Virus record (IMG/VR): IMGVR_UViG_3300037247_001169
Location: 8,881-72,880 of that record
Direction: 5' to 3' (one strand)
Source of the DNA: a virus
Length of the DNA: 64,000 nucleotides
Part shown: positions 1 through 10,100 of the stretch, one piece after another
How the letters are laid out: each line of letters begins with the position of its first letter
Numbering within the stretch: position 1 is the first letter of the stretch
Notes under the pieces: generated by a model
What the model was told of the DNA's origin: nothing
Database searches by the model: none
What the model saw: only the letters and a program-made list of their open reading frames with translations
Made by a program: the position numbers and the translations under genes

Positions 1-1157
1 GCTCCGGACTTGGACGTCTTTTCCAGCCGCGCCCTGACCTGCTCGTACATCTCCCTGAGTTTCCCCGGGTCGTTCACGGAATAGCACGCCCCGATATGCG
101 GCCAGTCCTGGCCGGCCGCCAGGCTCCATTGGTGAAGCAACTGATTGGCGTCGGGAGTATTGAGTTCCGCGAACACGGTCGTCAACCCACGTTGCAGCAC
201 GCCGACCGAAGCCGGATCGTCTGCGGGCGCCTCGGGTGCAGGTTCGGCCGGCGGGGGCGCCGCGGCCTTCGACTTCGAGCACCTGTCCGCGTGCTGGTAA
301 CCGCGTCCGTGCTTCTTGCCGCCGCACTCAGGGCAGGTTTCGACTTTGGCTGGCGGAGGTGGGGGCGGTTCGGGTTCCGGGGTCTCGGCTTGCGTTTGTG
401 GCGCGCCGTCGACGTCGGCAACGAACGTGCCACCGCCCGGATCGGGCATCGTCACGGTTTCCGGCTCCGGCGCCGCTTCCGGCTGCTTCGTGACCTTCGA
501 CGCGTCGAAGGGTTCGCGCGGGGCCTGGGTTTTGCCACTGAGGTCAAGGCCGTTGAGCACATCGTCAACCGCCATTTCCTCGCGGGAGTAGAGGCCCTTG
601 GTGATGTCGGGAAACGTATAACGCAATCCGAAGCTGCGGGCGCGTCGCAGGAGCATGTGCTTTGGGTACGATCGGTATGTCTGTTTATCCCATAGCTTCG
701 CTTTCTTGGCGTCGGCCACCGAGAACGTCTCTTTGCGCGGCTTCCCGCCGATGCGACCAACGATGCAGTAGGCTTCGAGTGTGTCGCCCTCGCCAGTCCA
801 TCCTTCCTCAAACACGGTTTGGTCGAAGAGCGACGTCTTGCGCATGCACAGGCCCAAAAGCATGTCGCCCCAGACCGTCGGCCGGCCATTGATGACGGCG
901 ATATTCTGAACGGACTGCACGGGATCGATGCCCAACTCGGCGCCGAACTGCATAGCGACAACAATCCCCTGCTGGTTCATCCCGTCTGGCGCCCAACCGG
1001 CCTTGCCGACGCAGGCGGCGAATCGCCAGTAGTCGTCCATCGTCTGCAATTGCATGCCGAGCTGCCCGCTTGGCGGCGGGGTGCTTGGTACTGTCGACCG
1101 CACTTGTTCGCGCGCTGCTGCCGCCGTCTGTTCCACTGCTGCTGTTGCCGTCGTCAT
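1..1157 (-). CDS. recT: RecT-like single-strand annealing recombinase, copy 1 (3' end runs off the window)
   Basis: ATG at 1157 (MTTATAAVEQ...). Nucleotide homology to 53987..55162, which has the G-ELG-dP-QA-QNIAVINGKP-VWGD and ML-RRARSFALR-FPD--KGLYS-EE motifs. Downstream of an exonuclease gene. Confidence 0.75.
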   Translation of the reverse strand, partial: MTTATAAVEQTAAAAREQVRSTVPSTPPPSGQLGMQLQTMDDYWRFAACVGKAGWAPDGMNQQGIVVAMQFGAELGIDPVQSVQNIAVINGRPTVWGDMLLGLCMRKTSLFDQTVFEEGWTGEGDTLEAYCIVGRIGGKPRKETFSVADAKKAKLWDKQTYRSYPKHMLLRRARSFGLRYTFPDITKGLYSREEMAVDDVLNGLDLSGKTQAPREPFDASKVTKQPEAAPEPETVTMPDPGGGTFVADVDGAPQTQAETPEPEPPPPPPAKVETCPECGGKKHGRGYQHADRCSKSKAAAPPPAEPAPEAPADDPASVGVLQRGLTTVFAELNTPDANQLLHQWSLAAGQDWPHIGACYSVNDPGKLREMYEQVRARLEKTSKSG

Positions 1158-1825
1158 TCTGTCCTCCCTGCTGTTCTCGTGTCCTTGTACACTTCGATTC
1201 CGCCGACTTGCTCTTCGGCCAGCTTGCCCATCGATGTCGCCGCCGCGTCGATGGCCTTCATGTTCGGCATCAGGTATGCCCGCTTGATTTGTGATGCGTT
1301 GACGATCCTAGCCTTCCATACCGTGCGATGCGAGATCCCCTTGACGTTCGGCACCTCGCTACGGATCACGGGGGGGGGCGGTGATGGCTCCGCGGCCACC
1401 ATCGCCTCAGCCGCCTCCGGCATGTCCGCCTGTCGCAATTCTTCGGCCTTGCGCGCTTGCTCTTGTGCGAGACGTTGCCGTTCGCGCTCGGCCGCCTCTT
1501 GCTCGCGGCGCACGCGGGCTTCTTCCTCGCTCTTGTATCTGCCCATCTTGCCGTCAAACAGATCTTGCGCCACCTTAAACGGCCCGAGACACGTGTTCTC
1601 AAGAGCGCAGATAGACTTGTGGGCCCTATTGGCATCAGCCTTCGCTTCCTGGAACAGTGCCTTCACTGCCTTGATCCGGGACCGACAGCTCAGCGTATGT
1701 TCGCCGGCTATCTTGTACGACGGCGCATCGGCCACCTCAAAAGCCGTGGCAAGCCGAACGAGGCTCGCACTTGCGGTGTCGAGATCTTTCGTGTCCGGCG
1801 CTGTGATCGTCGCCAGTTCAATCAT
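1154..1825 (-). CDS. Coiled-coil phage protein between exonuclease and recombinase, copy 1
   Basis: 223-aa ORF with ATGA-type overlap to recT; homologous to 55159..55830. Confidence 0.7.
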   Translation of the reverse strand: MIELATITAPDTKDLDTASASLVRLATAFEVADAPSYKIAGEHTLSCRSRIKAVKALFQEAKADANRAHKSICALENTCLGPFKVAQDLFDGKMGRYKSEEEARVRREQEAAERERQRLAQEQARKAEELRQADMPEAAEAMVAAEPSPPPPVIRSEVPNVKGISHRTVWKARIVNASQIKRAYLMPNMKAIDAAATSMGKLAEEQVGGIEVYKDTRTAGRTE

Positions 1826-2402
1826 CCTTTGCTCCCTTGTTTCCCCGGTAGTTGTAAGCGTTCAGGTAACTCAGCCACCCGGCGGCGTCCGCAGGGTCAT
1901 CGTGCTCTACCCACTTGGCTTTGCCATTACGACCGAGGTAGACGCAGCCTCGCACGTTAACGCCTATGCAACATTGCCTGTAGCCCTCGGTCTGCAACGG
2001 ATGCCACCACTCAGGGGCGCCGGTTTTGATGTCGAGGAGGACGGTTGCTAGTCCAAGGTTCAAGAACGAACCACGTCTATCAAGCGTCCCGGCATAGCCG
2101 AGCCTCGCGTTACCGACCATGACTTGCGTTAATGCAGGCACAAAGCGCGTTTCCGCCCGAAACGCGATCCACGCCTTCGCATACCCAATGTATTGCGGGC
2201 AGTAGATTTCGGCGGCTTCGATGTCCAGCTCGCCCTTGTCATGCAGCTCCGTCAGCGTATCGATTGCCTTGCCCCGTTCGCGCCCCTCTTCGGTGTACCA
2301 GCGGGTGTCCACGCAGTTCATCACCTTGAGGATATGCGTCACGCTCGGGACCGGGAGGCCGTTGATCTTGTACGTGTGAGTTGGCTCGTGGAATTCAATC
2401 AC
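1818..2402 (-). CDS. PD-(D/E)XK phage exonuclease, copy 1
   Basis: F-E-THTY...PSVT-IL, YAGTLD, LLDIKTG and Q---Y motifs. Confidence 0.8.
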   Translation of the reverse strand: MIEFHEPTHTYKINGLPVPSVTHILKVMNCVDTRWYTEEGRERGKAIDTLTELHDKGELDIEAAEIYCPQYIGYAKAWIAFRAETRFVPALTQVMVGNARLGYAGTLDRRGSFLNLGLATVLLDIKTGAPEWWHPLQTEGYRQCCIGVNVRGCVYLGRNGKAKWVEHDDPADAAGWLSYLNAYNYRGNKGAKDD

Positions 2403-2673
2403 TTACCGCCTCCGCGGGCAACTCGATGACGACTTCCGCGCGGGGCGGGGGTTTGGCCCCGGACTTGACAGCCAGCGCCTCATGGACCTTCGCAATGCAC
2501 CCTTCAAGGGTCGGGGCGGAATGCCAGCTAACCTCCTCGTGGTACAATTTAATCTCGCCAAGCCGGGGAGGGATGCCAACGTGACAGTTCATTTCTATCT
2601 GCAGCGCGGTGTAGGCAGCCGGCCATTCCGCTTGCAGCCGCTTTCCGATCTCGCTAGTTCGTAACGTTTCCAT
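2395..2673 (-). CDS. Hypothetical protein
   Basis: ORF with AGGAG RBS; overlaps exonuclease start. Confidence 0.55.
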   Translation of the reverse strand: METLRTSEIGKRLQAEWPAAYTALQIEMNCHVGIPPRLGEIKLYHEEVSWHSAPTLEGCIAKVHEALAVKSGAKPPPRAEVVIELPAEAVSD

Positions 2674-2731
2674 TATTCACTCCTGTTTCACTGCCGACTC
2701 CGCGGGTTGGTCGTGGGGGCGGGGGGGGTTG

Positions 2732-2965
2732 TCATTCTTCATCCAACGCAATGCGGCCCTGCGCGTCCCTTTGGAACCCGTGTCTCGCATCCAAGCTCAT
2801 AGTCCTGCACAAGCCGGCGGCGCAAAGGCGCAATATGCAACCGTCAGGCACGCATTTGCCCGCAGTATCGACTACACGCAGCTCGACCGTTCCATCCCCG
2901 ACGTTGAATACGTCGATCTGCCTAATCGTCTCGGCCCCCGTTTCGCACACTCGCACCTTCATCAT
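2732..2965 (-). CDS. Hypothetical protein
   Basis: ORF after GGAGAG RBS and a hairpin conserved in copy 2. Confidence 0.55.
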   Translation of the reverse strand: MMKVRVCETGAETIRQIDVFNVGDGTVELRVVDTAGKCVPDGCILRLCAAGLCRTMSLDARHGFQRDAQGRIALDEE

Positions 2966-3275
2966 TCACTCTCCAAAAGCTCGCCCCCGCCCCGACGTGT
3001 TGTAGCACGCGAGACGGGGACTCTCTCGCCAGTGGTTGCATTAGAAAAGAGAACCTCCGCCGACTCTCGCCGACGGAGGTCTCCGGAGGGAAAGAGGTTT
3101 CGGAAAAACCACAGCGGGAAAATCCCGCACGCACAGCAGGCGTACCAGAGCACGTCGGCCCCCGACCGCCCTTGTCCGCCAGCTACAATGTCTTCAGGAA
3201 TCCCGCTCATGGCGAACTCTCGCTCTGCCATCTCGTCAGCAATGGCATCGGCTTCCGCGAGTTCACGTTCGGAGT

Positions 3276-3619
3276 TCACGCCTTCGCCTCCGCGTCTTCG
3301 GATTTCGTTTCGGGTTTCGGCTCCTGTGCGAATGCTCTCCGTTTCACCATGACCGCGGCGCGTGCGTCCTGAAACAGCCTCACAGATTCTTCCCGCCTTA
3401 GCGGAATTGCACCGTTGTCGATCGCGTCTATCCGCTTCCCTTTGGTCAAGTCGTAGTGAGGCAGGAACCGGTGGTTCTGAAACCATGCCCGTTCAGGCCG
3501 ATACTCAGAGTGAACTCGTGCAGTTCGGCCAGCGTGTCGGCCGTCAGGTGGGCAACCCATCCGTAGGGCCAGGCTGAGGACTCCGGCCATTGGATTCCTC
3601 CGTCGACGTAGACGCTCAT
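3276..3619 (-). pseudogene. DUF4031-like protein, frameshifted (or a sequencing indel)
   Basis: MSVYVD...HLTADTLAELHEF--SIGL in one frame from 3619 and RAWFQNHRFLPHYDLT--KR--AI--GA in another; 1-nt shift near 3492. Confidence 0.7.
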
Positions 3620-3688
3620 CGGGTGGGCTCCTGTGGGCTTGAGGGGTCCAACCGCCCAACCCGGGCCGTGCAGCTCGCCGTGCGTGAG

Positions 3689-3910
3689 TTATGGGCTCGC
3701 AGGGGCATTCTGTGGCGGCTCCGGAGTTTCAATGGGATTGGCGATTCCCGTCACGGATTCGACAGCCCGTTGAGCACCAACGGCCGCTGCAGCCGTCTCG
3801 ATCGCCCAACGCACCCTGGAAATCGCCGTCGTGCAATAGGCCGGTGCTTTGCCTTCCAGCTTCGCTAGATCCTCATTTGGGACCTCCATCACCGTTACGC
3901 CCTGTGGCAT
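3689..3910 (-). CDS. Small ribbon-helix-helix-like regulator, first gene of early operon, copy 1
   Basis: AAAGGAG RBS; vPNE.lakL...vRWAIe pattern shared with 58338..58544. Confidence 0.5.
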   Translation of the reverse strand: MPQGVTVMEVPNEDLAKLEGKAPAYCTTAISRVRWAIETAAAAVGAQRAVESVTGIANPIETPEPPQNAPASP

Positions 3911-3935
3911 CGATTGTTCTCCTTTCGGCAGATCA

Positions 3936-3964
3936 AGTATAACCTACGCCTAGGCGGGATGCAA
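3936..3964 (-). promoter_or_regulatory. Sigma70-type early promoter
   Basis: TTGCAT-17 nt-TATACT on minus strand. Confidence 0.6.
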
Positions 3965-4044
3965 ATACAATTTAGGATTTTTCTGGATATGCCGCGTAAG
4001 CGGGCGCTAGGCAGCGACCTCGTCGACGCCATCTGGTCGGGCCG

Positions 4045-4236
4045 CTAGCCCTTGCCCTTGGCTTTCGCCGCGTCTGCCAGCGTTCGCACGGCCTCAAGCC
4101 GAAGCCAGCCCGCGAGGACGGTGAGGTTCGTGCCGGACATTCCGCCGATGAAATCCCGTAGCGTCTCCTCCGCCTCGACTACCGTCATTATGATGGGCTT
4201 GCCAACGTCTGAGTTTTTCAGTTCTTTCGGGTCCAT
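4045..4236 (-). CDS. Hypothetical protein after tail fibre
   Basis: 63-aa ORF with AGGAG RBS; not seen at the equivalent place in copy 2. Confidence 0.55.
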   Translation of the reverse strand: MDPKELKNSDVGKPIIMTVVEAEETLRDFIGGMSGTNLTVLAGWLRLEAVRTLADAAKAKGKG

Positions 4237-4253
4237 GCGTGCTCCTGTTCTGG

Positions 4254-4529
4254 CTACAAATCGTCTCCGCCGTGTTGGGTGGCCTGGCGATGCACGAGAT
4301 TGAAATCCTGTGCAACCCTCGCCGCGAGGAGTTGAAGGCGCGCCATTGATTCGGTTGGCGGCCCGCCCGGAACGTCGGACCGTGAATGCAGCTCGGTCAC
4401 GACCGTCGTGACAGATGCGTCAGGGACTTGGTCGCGAAGCGCACCTTCCGCATCATAGAACGGCACGACCGTCTCGATGCTCTGGTCACCCGGGACGCTC
4501 ACGGCTTTGAGAAAAAACTGGGTACCCAT
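4254..4529 (-). CDS. Tail-fibre-associated small protein, copy 1
   Basis: MGTQFFLKAV...; clearly homologous to 62279..62554; AGGAGA RBS. Confidence 0.7.
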   Translation of the reverse strand: MGTQFFLKAVSVPGDQSIETVVPFYDAEGALRDQVPDASVTTVVTELHSRSDVPGGPPTESMARLQLLAARVAQDFNLVHRQATQHGGDDL

Positions 4530-4537
4530 GATATCTC

Positions 4538-7192
4538 CTACGAAACGGTGGTAGTGTCGTTTATCAGGTTCAAAGCGCCTAGCGCGTCCAAACAACTCTT
4601 CAACGCCCCCTCGGGATTATCCCGAGCCCCGGATACAGTGGGCTTCACGATCGCCGTAGCCCCGCCGAAAAATACCATCTTGCTTGTGGCTTCTATGCGG
4701 ATCAACGTGTTGGTTCCGCTGTCCCTGATGTTGAACCGGCCCGCCGTCGCGTATTCTACGCTTCCTCTGGCCGACCCACTTGGCCCCCACTCGCAAACCG
4801 AAGCAGTGAACGCCATCGCCTGAACGGTATTGGCCTGGAAGAAATACCCATCCCCGGTCGGGACATTGAAAATCGTACCGGCAGCCGCGTCGTGCTTGAT
4901 GTAGCTGCCGGCAGCGGCCAACGTGATTTGCGAGCCGGGCGCTGACAGTACCACGTCACCGGCATTCACCACCAAATCGCCGGCTTCGACCGTAACATCG
5001 AGGTTGCTCTCGATTGTGAGTGCCAGATCATTCGTACCGGCGAAATACTGCATGTCGCAGGCGGTCGTACTCCTCATCGTGGCTTTCCATTGCCCTACCA
5101 GGGCGTAGGCGCCACCCTGGTAGGAATAGAATGAAAAGCCGAACAGCTTCGTGCCGCTTACCACGTTGGCCGGTCCTGCTTTGGCTCGCCGATAGGAATG
5201 GAAAATCGAGTTACCCGCCGTATCGCTCTCAACCGTCAGGTACAATCCCGCGCTGCCACCCTCATTGTAGATGTACACATTCTTGTTCGCCGCTCCCGGC
5301 GAGAGGGTCGCGTTGACGCACCAATTGCCGTTCTCGTCGACACGGCATTTCTCGGTGCCGGCGAGCTCGAACGTGATGGGGCCGGTGCCCGACGAGCCAA
5401 TGGTCAACGCCGCGTTCGCTTCGCCGGTCGCCGTTATCAGTGCGGGATCACCGGTCGCCGCGTTCTTAACCGTCACTTCGTTCACGGCGGAACCGACGGA
5501 GGCGAACTTGAGAATCTCGTTGACGCTGCTGTCGACGATGCCGTCTTGGAACTCGACGCCGCCCCCAAACACCCAGTGGGGCGCTGCACGCAGCCACGCG
5601 AGGCCGCCGGTGGCCGCGTCGTTTTTGCATTGGATGACGACATTGTCGGCCAGCGCGGCATGGCCAAATATGCCGAGGCCCGCGGCATCCCTCATCGTCC
5701 GATCCGCACCGGCAGACACCTGAACCGTATTTGCGGCGCCGGATGCAGCCGCGGCGGTTACGGCAAGGCCGAGATCCAGATCCGCGTCCGGTGCCGTGAT
5801 AGTGCGCGTATTCCCGGCGGTTATCGCTGAGAGCTGAAAATCCATCTCTTTGGTAACGTCGCCCTCGTCGAAGAGATGGAAGGCATTGTCGGCGAACTCC
5901 GTTGTAACACCGCTGGCGCCGCCGGCCGCCGTCAGCGGTGTAGCGCCCCGCAGATCCACGGTAGACACGTGCGCCCAGGTGCCGCCGATCAAACTCATAG
6001 TTACGCGGGCTATGAGGAATCCGGTTTGCGAATCGACATTGAATTCGCTGGGGATCCTAAACACATCGTAGCCGTTGATATCCCCTTCTGCCGATGCCTG
6101 CTTATTGTAACTCCCGGTCGACAAGTTCATCGCCAACGGAGAATACTCGCCGCCCTTGTTGGCAATCCCCCAGATTACCCAGTTGAAGTATTTCTTAACC
6201 GCTACACCGTTAGCATCATTCGTCAACGTCTCCAGGTCCGTCACGGGATCATACGCAGCGCCGTTCTGATTGATGATCAGAATTGCATCACCCGTCGCGG
6301 TATCCAGCGCAGGTGTTGTGTGCTTGTGCATCTGGCGAACGACGCCAGCCGTCACTGCGGCGTCGACCGTCGCCCCGCCACCGGCGACGGTCATCGTTAG
6401 GACAACCCCGGTTTTGTAGATCGCATGTCGCGACCGTATAGCATCGGTTATGTGAACTATGTGCCCCAGACCGCCGGTCCCCTGAGCATGCTCGTTAATG
6501 TTGTGATTGGCGTATACGCCCTTGGTCTGAACGTATCCCGCTGAAGGAACCAGGAAGTAGCCGATCTTGATGTGCGCGATTGGGTCCGCCGGCCAATCGC
6601 TTGTAGACTTCGTCAGCGCTTTCGTGCTCTGTAGTATGTAAATGAAATTACCTGTCGGGCTGGTGTCTGAACCCGCATCGAGAGGAATGGTGGCAGGGCT
6701 CGGCGTGCAATCCAATGTCGTCGCGCCGTCGGAGAAGAGCATCGTCAGATCGCCGCCCCCGGCCTGCTCGATCGACATCGTCACGACCGTACCGTTGCTC
6801 GTGACCAAGGCGTTGAAAGACTCGATGAACGTGCCATGGAAGAATGGGTGTATGTGTGCAGACGCAGCGGCGCCAATGTCGGTCAACACATTGGCAGGTG
6901 AGCGCCACTCGAGACCCTGGTCCTCGGAGTCCTTGACCCGGAGCATGTAGAGATCGGTCCCCGGCTGAAAGGCGGCGAAGTCGCTGTCTGAATCACTGAC
7001 CACGAACTGGCCGGGCGTACTCGCCTGAATGTTCCCGCCCTTGGCTTCCGCGCCCGTCGCCTGGGTGAACGTGACGGTAAACGGATTGCTCCCAGACAGA
7101 TAATTGATATCAGCGGAAAGGCGCTGTAGCGCAAGGCGCACTTCCTCGAACGACTTGACGTTGGAGCGCACTGGGACAATCGACCTTGGCAT
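4538..7192 (-). CDS. Tail fibre / receptor-binding protein, copy 1
   Basis: 884 aa, G/A/T/S-rich beta-type sequence at end of structural operon; mosaic relative to 62564..64000. Confidence 0.7.
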   Translation of the reverse strand: MPRSIVPVRSNVKSFEEVRLALQRLSADINYLSGSNPFTVTFTQATGAEAKGGNIQASTPGQFVVSDSDSDFAAFQPGTDLYMLRVKDSEDQGLEWRSPANVLTDIGAAASAHIHPFFHGTFIESFNALVTSNGTVVTMSIEQAGGGDLTMLFSDGATTLDCTPSPATIPLDAGSDTSPTGNFIYILQSTKALTKSTSDWPADPIAHIKIGYFLVPSAGYVQTKGVYANHNINEHAQGTGGLGHIVHITDAIRSRHAIYKTGVVLTMTVAGGGATVDAAVTAGVVRQMHKHTTPALDTATGDAILIINQNGAAYDPVTDLETLTNDANGVAVKKYFNWVIWGIANKGGEYSPLAMNLSTGSYNKQASAEGDINGYDVFRIPSEFNVDSQTGFLIARVTMSLIGGTWAHVSTVDLRGATPLTAAGGASGVTTEFADNAFHLFDEGDVTKEMDFQLSAITAGNTRTITAPDADLDLGLAVTAAAASGAANTVQVSAGADRTMRDAAGLGIFGHAALADNVVIQCKNDAATGGLAWLRAAPHWVFGGGVEFQDGIVDSSVNEILKFASVGSAVNEVTVKNAATGDPALITATGEANAALTIGSSGTGPITFELAGTEKCRVDENGNWCVNATLSPGAANKNVYIYNEGGSAGLYLTVESDTAGNSIFHSYRRAKAGPANVVSGTKLFGFSFYSYQGGAYALVGQWKATMRSTTACDMQYFAGTNDLALTIESNLDVTVEAGDLVVNAGDVVLSAPGSQITLAAAGSYIKHDAAAGTIFNVPTGDGYFFQANTVQAMAFTASVCEWGPSGSARGSVEYATAGRFNIRDSGTNTLIRIEATSKMVFFGGATAIVKPTVSGARDNPEGALKSCLDALGALNLINDTTTVS

Positions 7193-7194
7193 CG

Positions 7195-10100
7195 TCAGGG
7201 ACCCTCCCCACCCGGATACCGGTCGTGCAGCCGTCGTTGCCTGTCGCTTAGACTCCGGTTCAGTCTTCCGCTCTTGATGTCGAGCAGCTTATAGCCGCGT
7301 GCCCGCCACGCTTCGCGCAGTACATCGAAAACCTCTCGCTGGCTCATGCCCATCGCCTTGAAGAAACGGACGCTCGTTTCGTCCGGCTTCCTGTCCGTTA
7401 ATCTCAGAACTTCCGCCTTGATGAACGATTCCTCGTCGAACTCGTTTCTGAACAGCGAGTCTATCGTCTGGCCCGAAAGCCCCGCATCATCGAAGACCTT
7501 CCTGATCTCCTTTTCGATCATCCCCAGTTTCGTGGCGGCGGGTATTTCCCGCTGAAGCCCCGCGAACAGTCGCCGTTTGGATTCGACCATCTCCTCATGC
7601 TTTTGGCGCAGCAGATCGAGGCTCACATCGCCCTTGCTGCGAGCGTGCGTAGTCAGGATGTTCGTCGCCTCTGACCAGTTCCCCGAGAAGTTTCGGGCTT
7701 GCCGACCCAAGGCGGTTGGGATGTTGATCTGCATCGGACGCTGACCGGTCGCCGCCATCATTTCGTCGACCGGATCTCTGACCTGACCCCACGGCTCGAT
7801 GACGCCACGCATCCCCCGGTAGGCGCGACGAACCTGCGCGATCGTGCCCGGTTCGTAGGCCCCCAGAAGATGCACGAAGACATCCCGGACCTGAGAGTCC
7901 CAATCCGCCTGCTCATTATACACCGTCCCGCCGTACTCGGTCTTGTTGCGGGACACGTCGAGTATGCGCTGGACCAGCAGTTCTTCCGAAGTGAACGGGT
8001 CCAAAAACTTCTTTGCGGCAACCATCATCGCCGGCAAGATCCCCTCGTCCTGGTTTCTCAGGAAGCGCATGATCGGACTGCGCATATACACGTAGGGATC
8101 GACGTAGCTCATGTCGATCACGCGGAACGCGTGCGGCTTGTCGGGCACCGGCAGGTGGTAAAATTCCCCATCTACGGCGTAGTCCGGCAGGAACTCGCGC
8201 ATCGCATTTTCCTGCTCCCGGTCCATTCCACTGACAAGCATACGGCTTACGGCGGAGATCGCGGGGATGGTAATCGGCACCAGCAGCGTGCCAACAAGGC
8301 GCTCGGCGGCGATGCCCCGCATCTTGGGATCTTGAAACTCCGTGCCAATCCGCTTGAGGTTATTGCCGTAGGTGCGGAATATCTCATAGGGGAAGCTGGT
8401 GAACGGTGCCACCGGGGCGTTGCGCCCGATCGCCCGCCACAGTTCGGGGACCATCGAATACGTGGGCGCTGTGTCCCGCAGTTCGCGAGCCGCCATCTCT
8501 TCGAGTTCGATGTCAGTCGCATCGGGCAATGCCTTGCGGAGCCGCGCCTGCATCATCTTCCACATGATGTAGCGCGGCAGATCGTCGCCCGCACGGTACA
8601 GTTTCGTGGCGGCCTCGATGGTCTTTGCGGTGCCCTTCGTGCCCCCTCGCAATGCCTTCGCCGCCGCGCGACGGTGCCAGGGCCTCGCATTATCGTAAAG
8701 CGAGTCTGCGAAGGCAGCCTCGTCGCCCTTGACCGCACCTTCAAGCGCATGTTTCATTTCGCCGGACACGGCCCCGTCGTGAAGCACGCCTAACTCGATT
8801 CCACGAACAACCGCAGCCCTGCGTTCTTTATTCGGCGTTCGCCGGAAATCATCGACGATGGTCCTCGCCGCGCGCATGAACCCTCGCGGACCGAAGTGCC
8901 ATAAAAGACCGGTGTTAAGGAACATCTGATTCCACGAGAGGACGTTGCGCACTTGCGTCGTTTCCGACAGGACCGTTTTAGTGAGCTTCGCCCCGCCGAT
9001 CGCCTTCAGGTACATCCGATGGAAGTTCCCGACAGTATCGCTTTTCGTCGCTTGCTCGAATGCCTTGGCGACTTCCGGGTAGGTCTTGAGCCCGTTCAGC
9101 GGCCACATGGCCTCGCCGTTCTTTGCCGCGATTTCAGCCACGGCTTCCGGTGGGATGTTCGGGTCTTCAGCCTCGAACAAGAACCGCCCCAGCCCCTCTT
9201 GGCGGACCTGCGTCAGAAACTTGTGGGCGGCGATTACGTGAGCCTGCTTTTGCGCACTGCTCACGAAGTTGAAGCGCGGGTCTTTGACTTCGCCCAGGAA
9301 CGCCCGGTATATCTCCGGCAGATCCTTGCGCTTGATGAAGATCGACTGGTCCTTCTTGCCCAGCTTGGAGAAGAACCCTATTGGCGTACCCGCTTCCTTG
9401 GCTTTGAACAGCAGCTCGTTCATCTGCTGTTCGAGCTGGTTGTCGGTAAGCTCCATGCCGTCGGCCAGATACTCCTGTCGCAGCCAGCTCTTGAAGTCAT
9501 TGCGGATCGTGACCGGGACATTCTTCGACCACTTCGGATCGATGAATGCGCGGTACTGCCGGTGAAGCCAGAGACCCTTGTTCTTCTCGATGATCGCAGC
9601 CAGCCCACCTTCGACAACGCCGTCATTGATGAGCTGCGTGGACAGCTCGTCGATTTTCTGGCGCATCGCTCGCACGGGCTCTTGAAGCGGCTCGGGAAGA
9701 AAACTGACAATGGGCTTGCCCCCAAGAGCGGCGTTAACGGCCAAGACATCCTCGTCGCTCATCTTCCCCACACCGCCATACGCCTCTTTCGCTCCAGCCA
9801 TGAAATCGCGGTCCAAGTTCTCGATCTCTTTGAGCCGGGCGCGATACCACTGGTTGCTCTCGCGGGCACGCTCGAAAGCGCCCTCCGGGAGAACGCCAGC
9901 CGGCGTGAACAGACGACGCAGGAAAGCTGTTACGGGATTGGCGCCCTTTCGCCGAAACTTTGGGATCTCGTCGACCGGCAGTGCCTCGCGTGGCAGTTCG
10001 ACGGCCGGCTCGGCAGTTTCGGCCGCCTCTTCGCCTGGGGTGGGTGCGGGTTGCTGGAGCCGTACCTCCTGGGCCTGGCGGGCAACGGGCTCGGTTACAG

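Noticed and set aside
1818-2402. Cas4 call for the exonuclease
   Set aside because: No four-Cys Fe-S pattern; context is an exonuclease-RecT recombination module.
4538-5300. Diversity-generating retroelement (tail fibre VR/TR pair with 62564..63470)
   Set aside because: No reverse transcriptase; the similarity is part of the whole-region duplication and differences do not appear adenine-specific.
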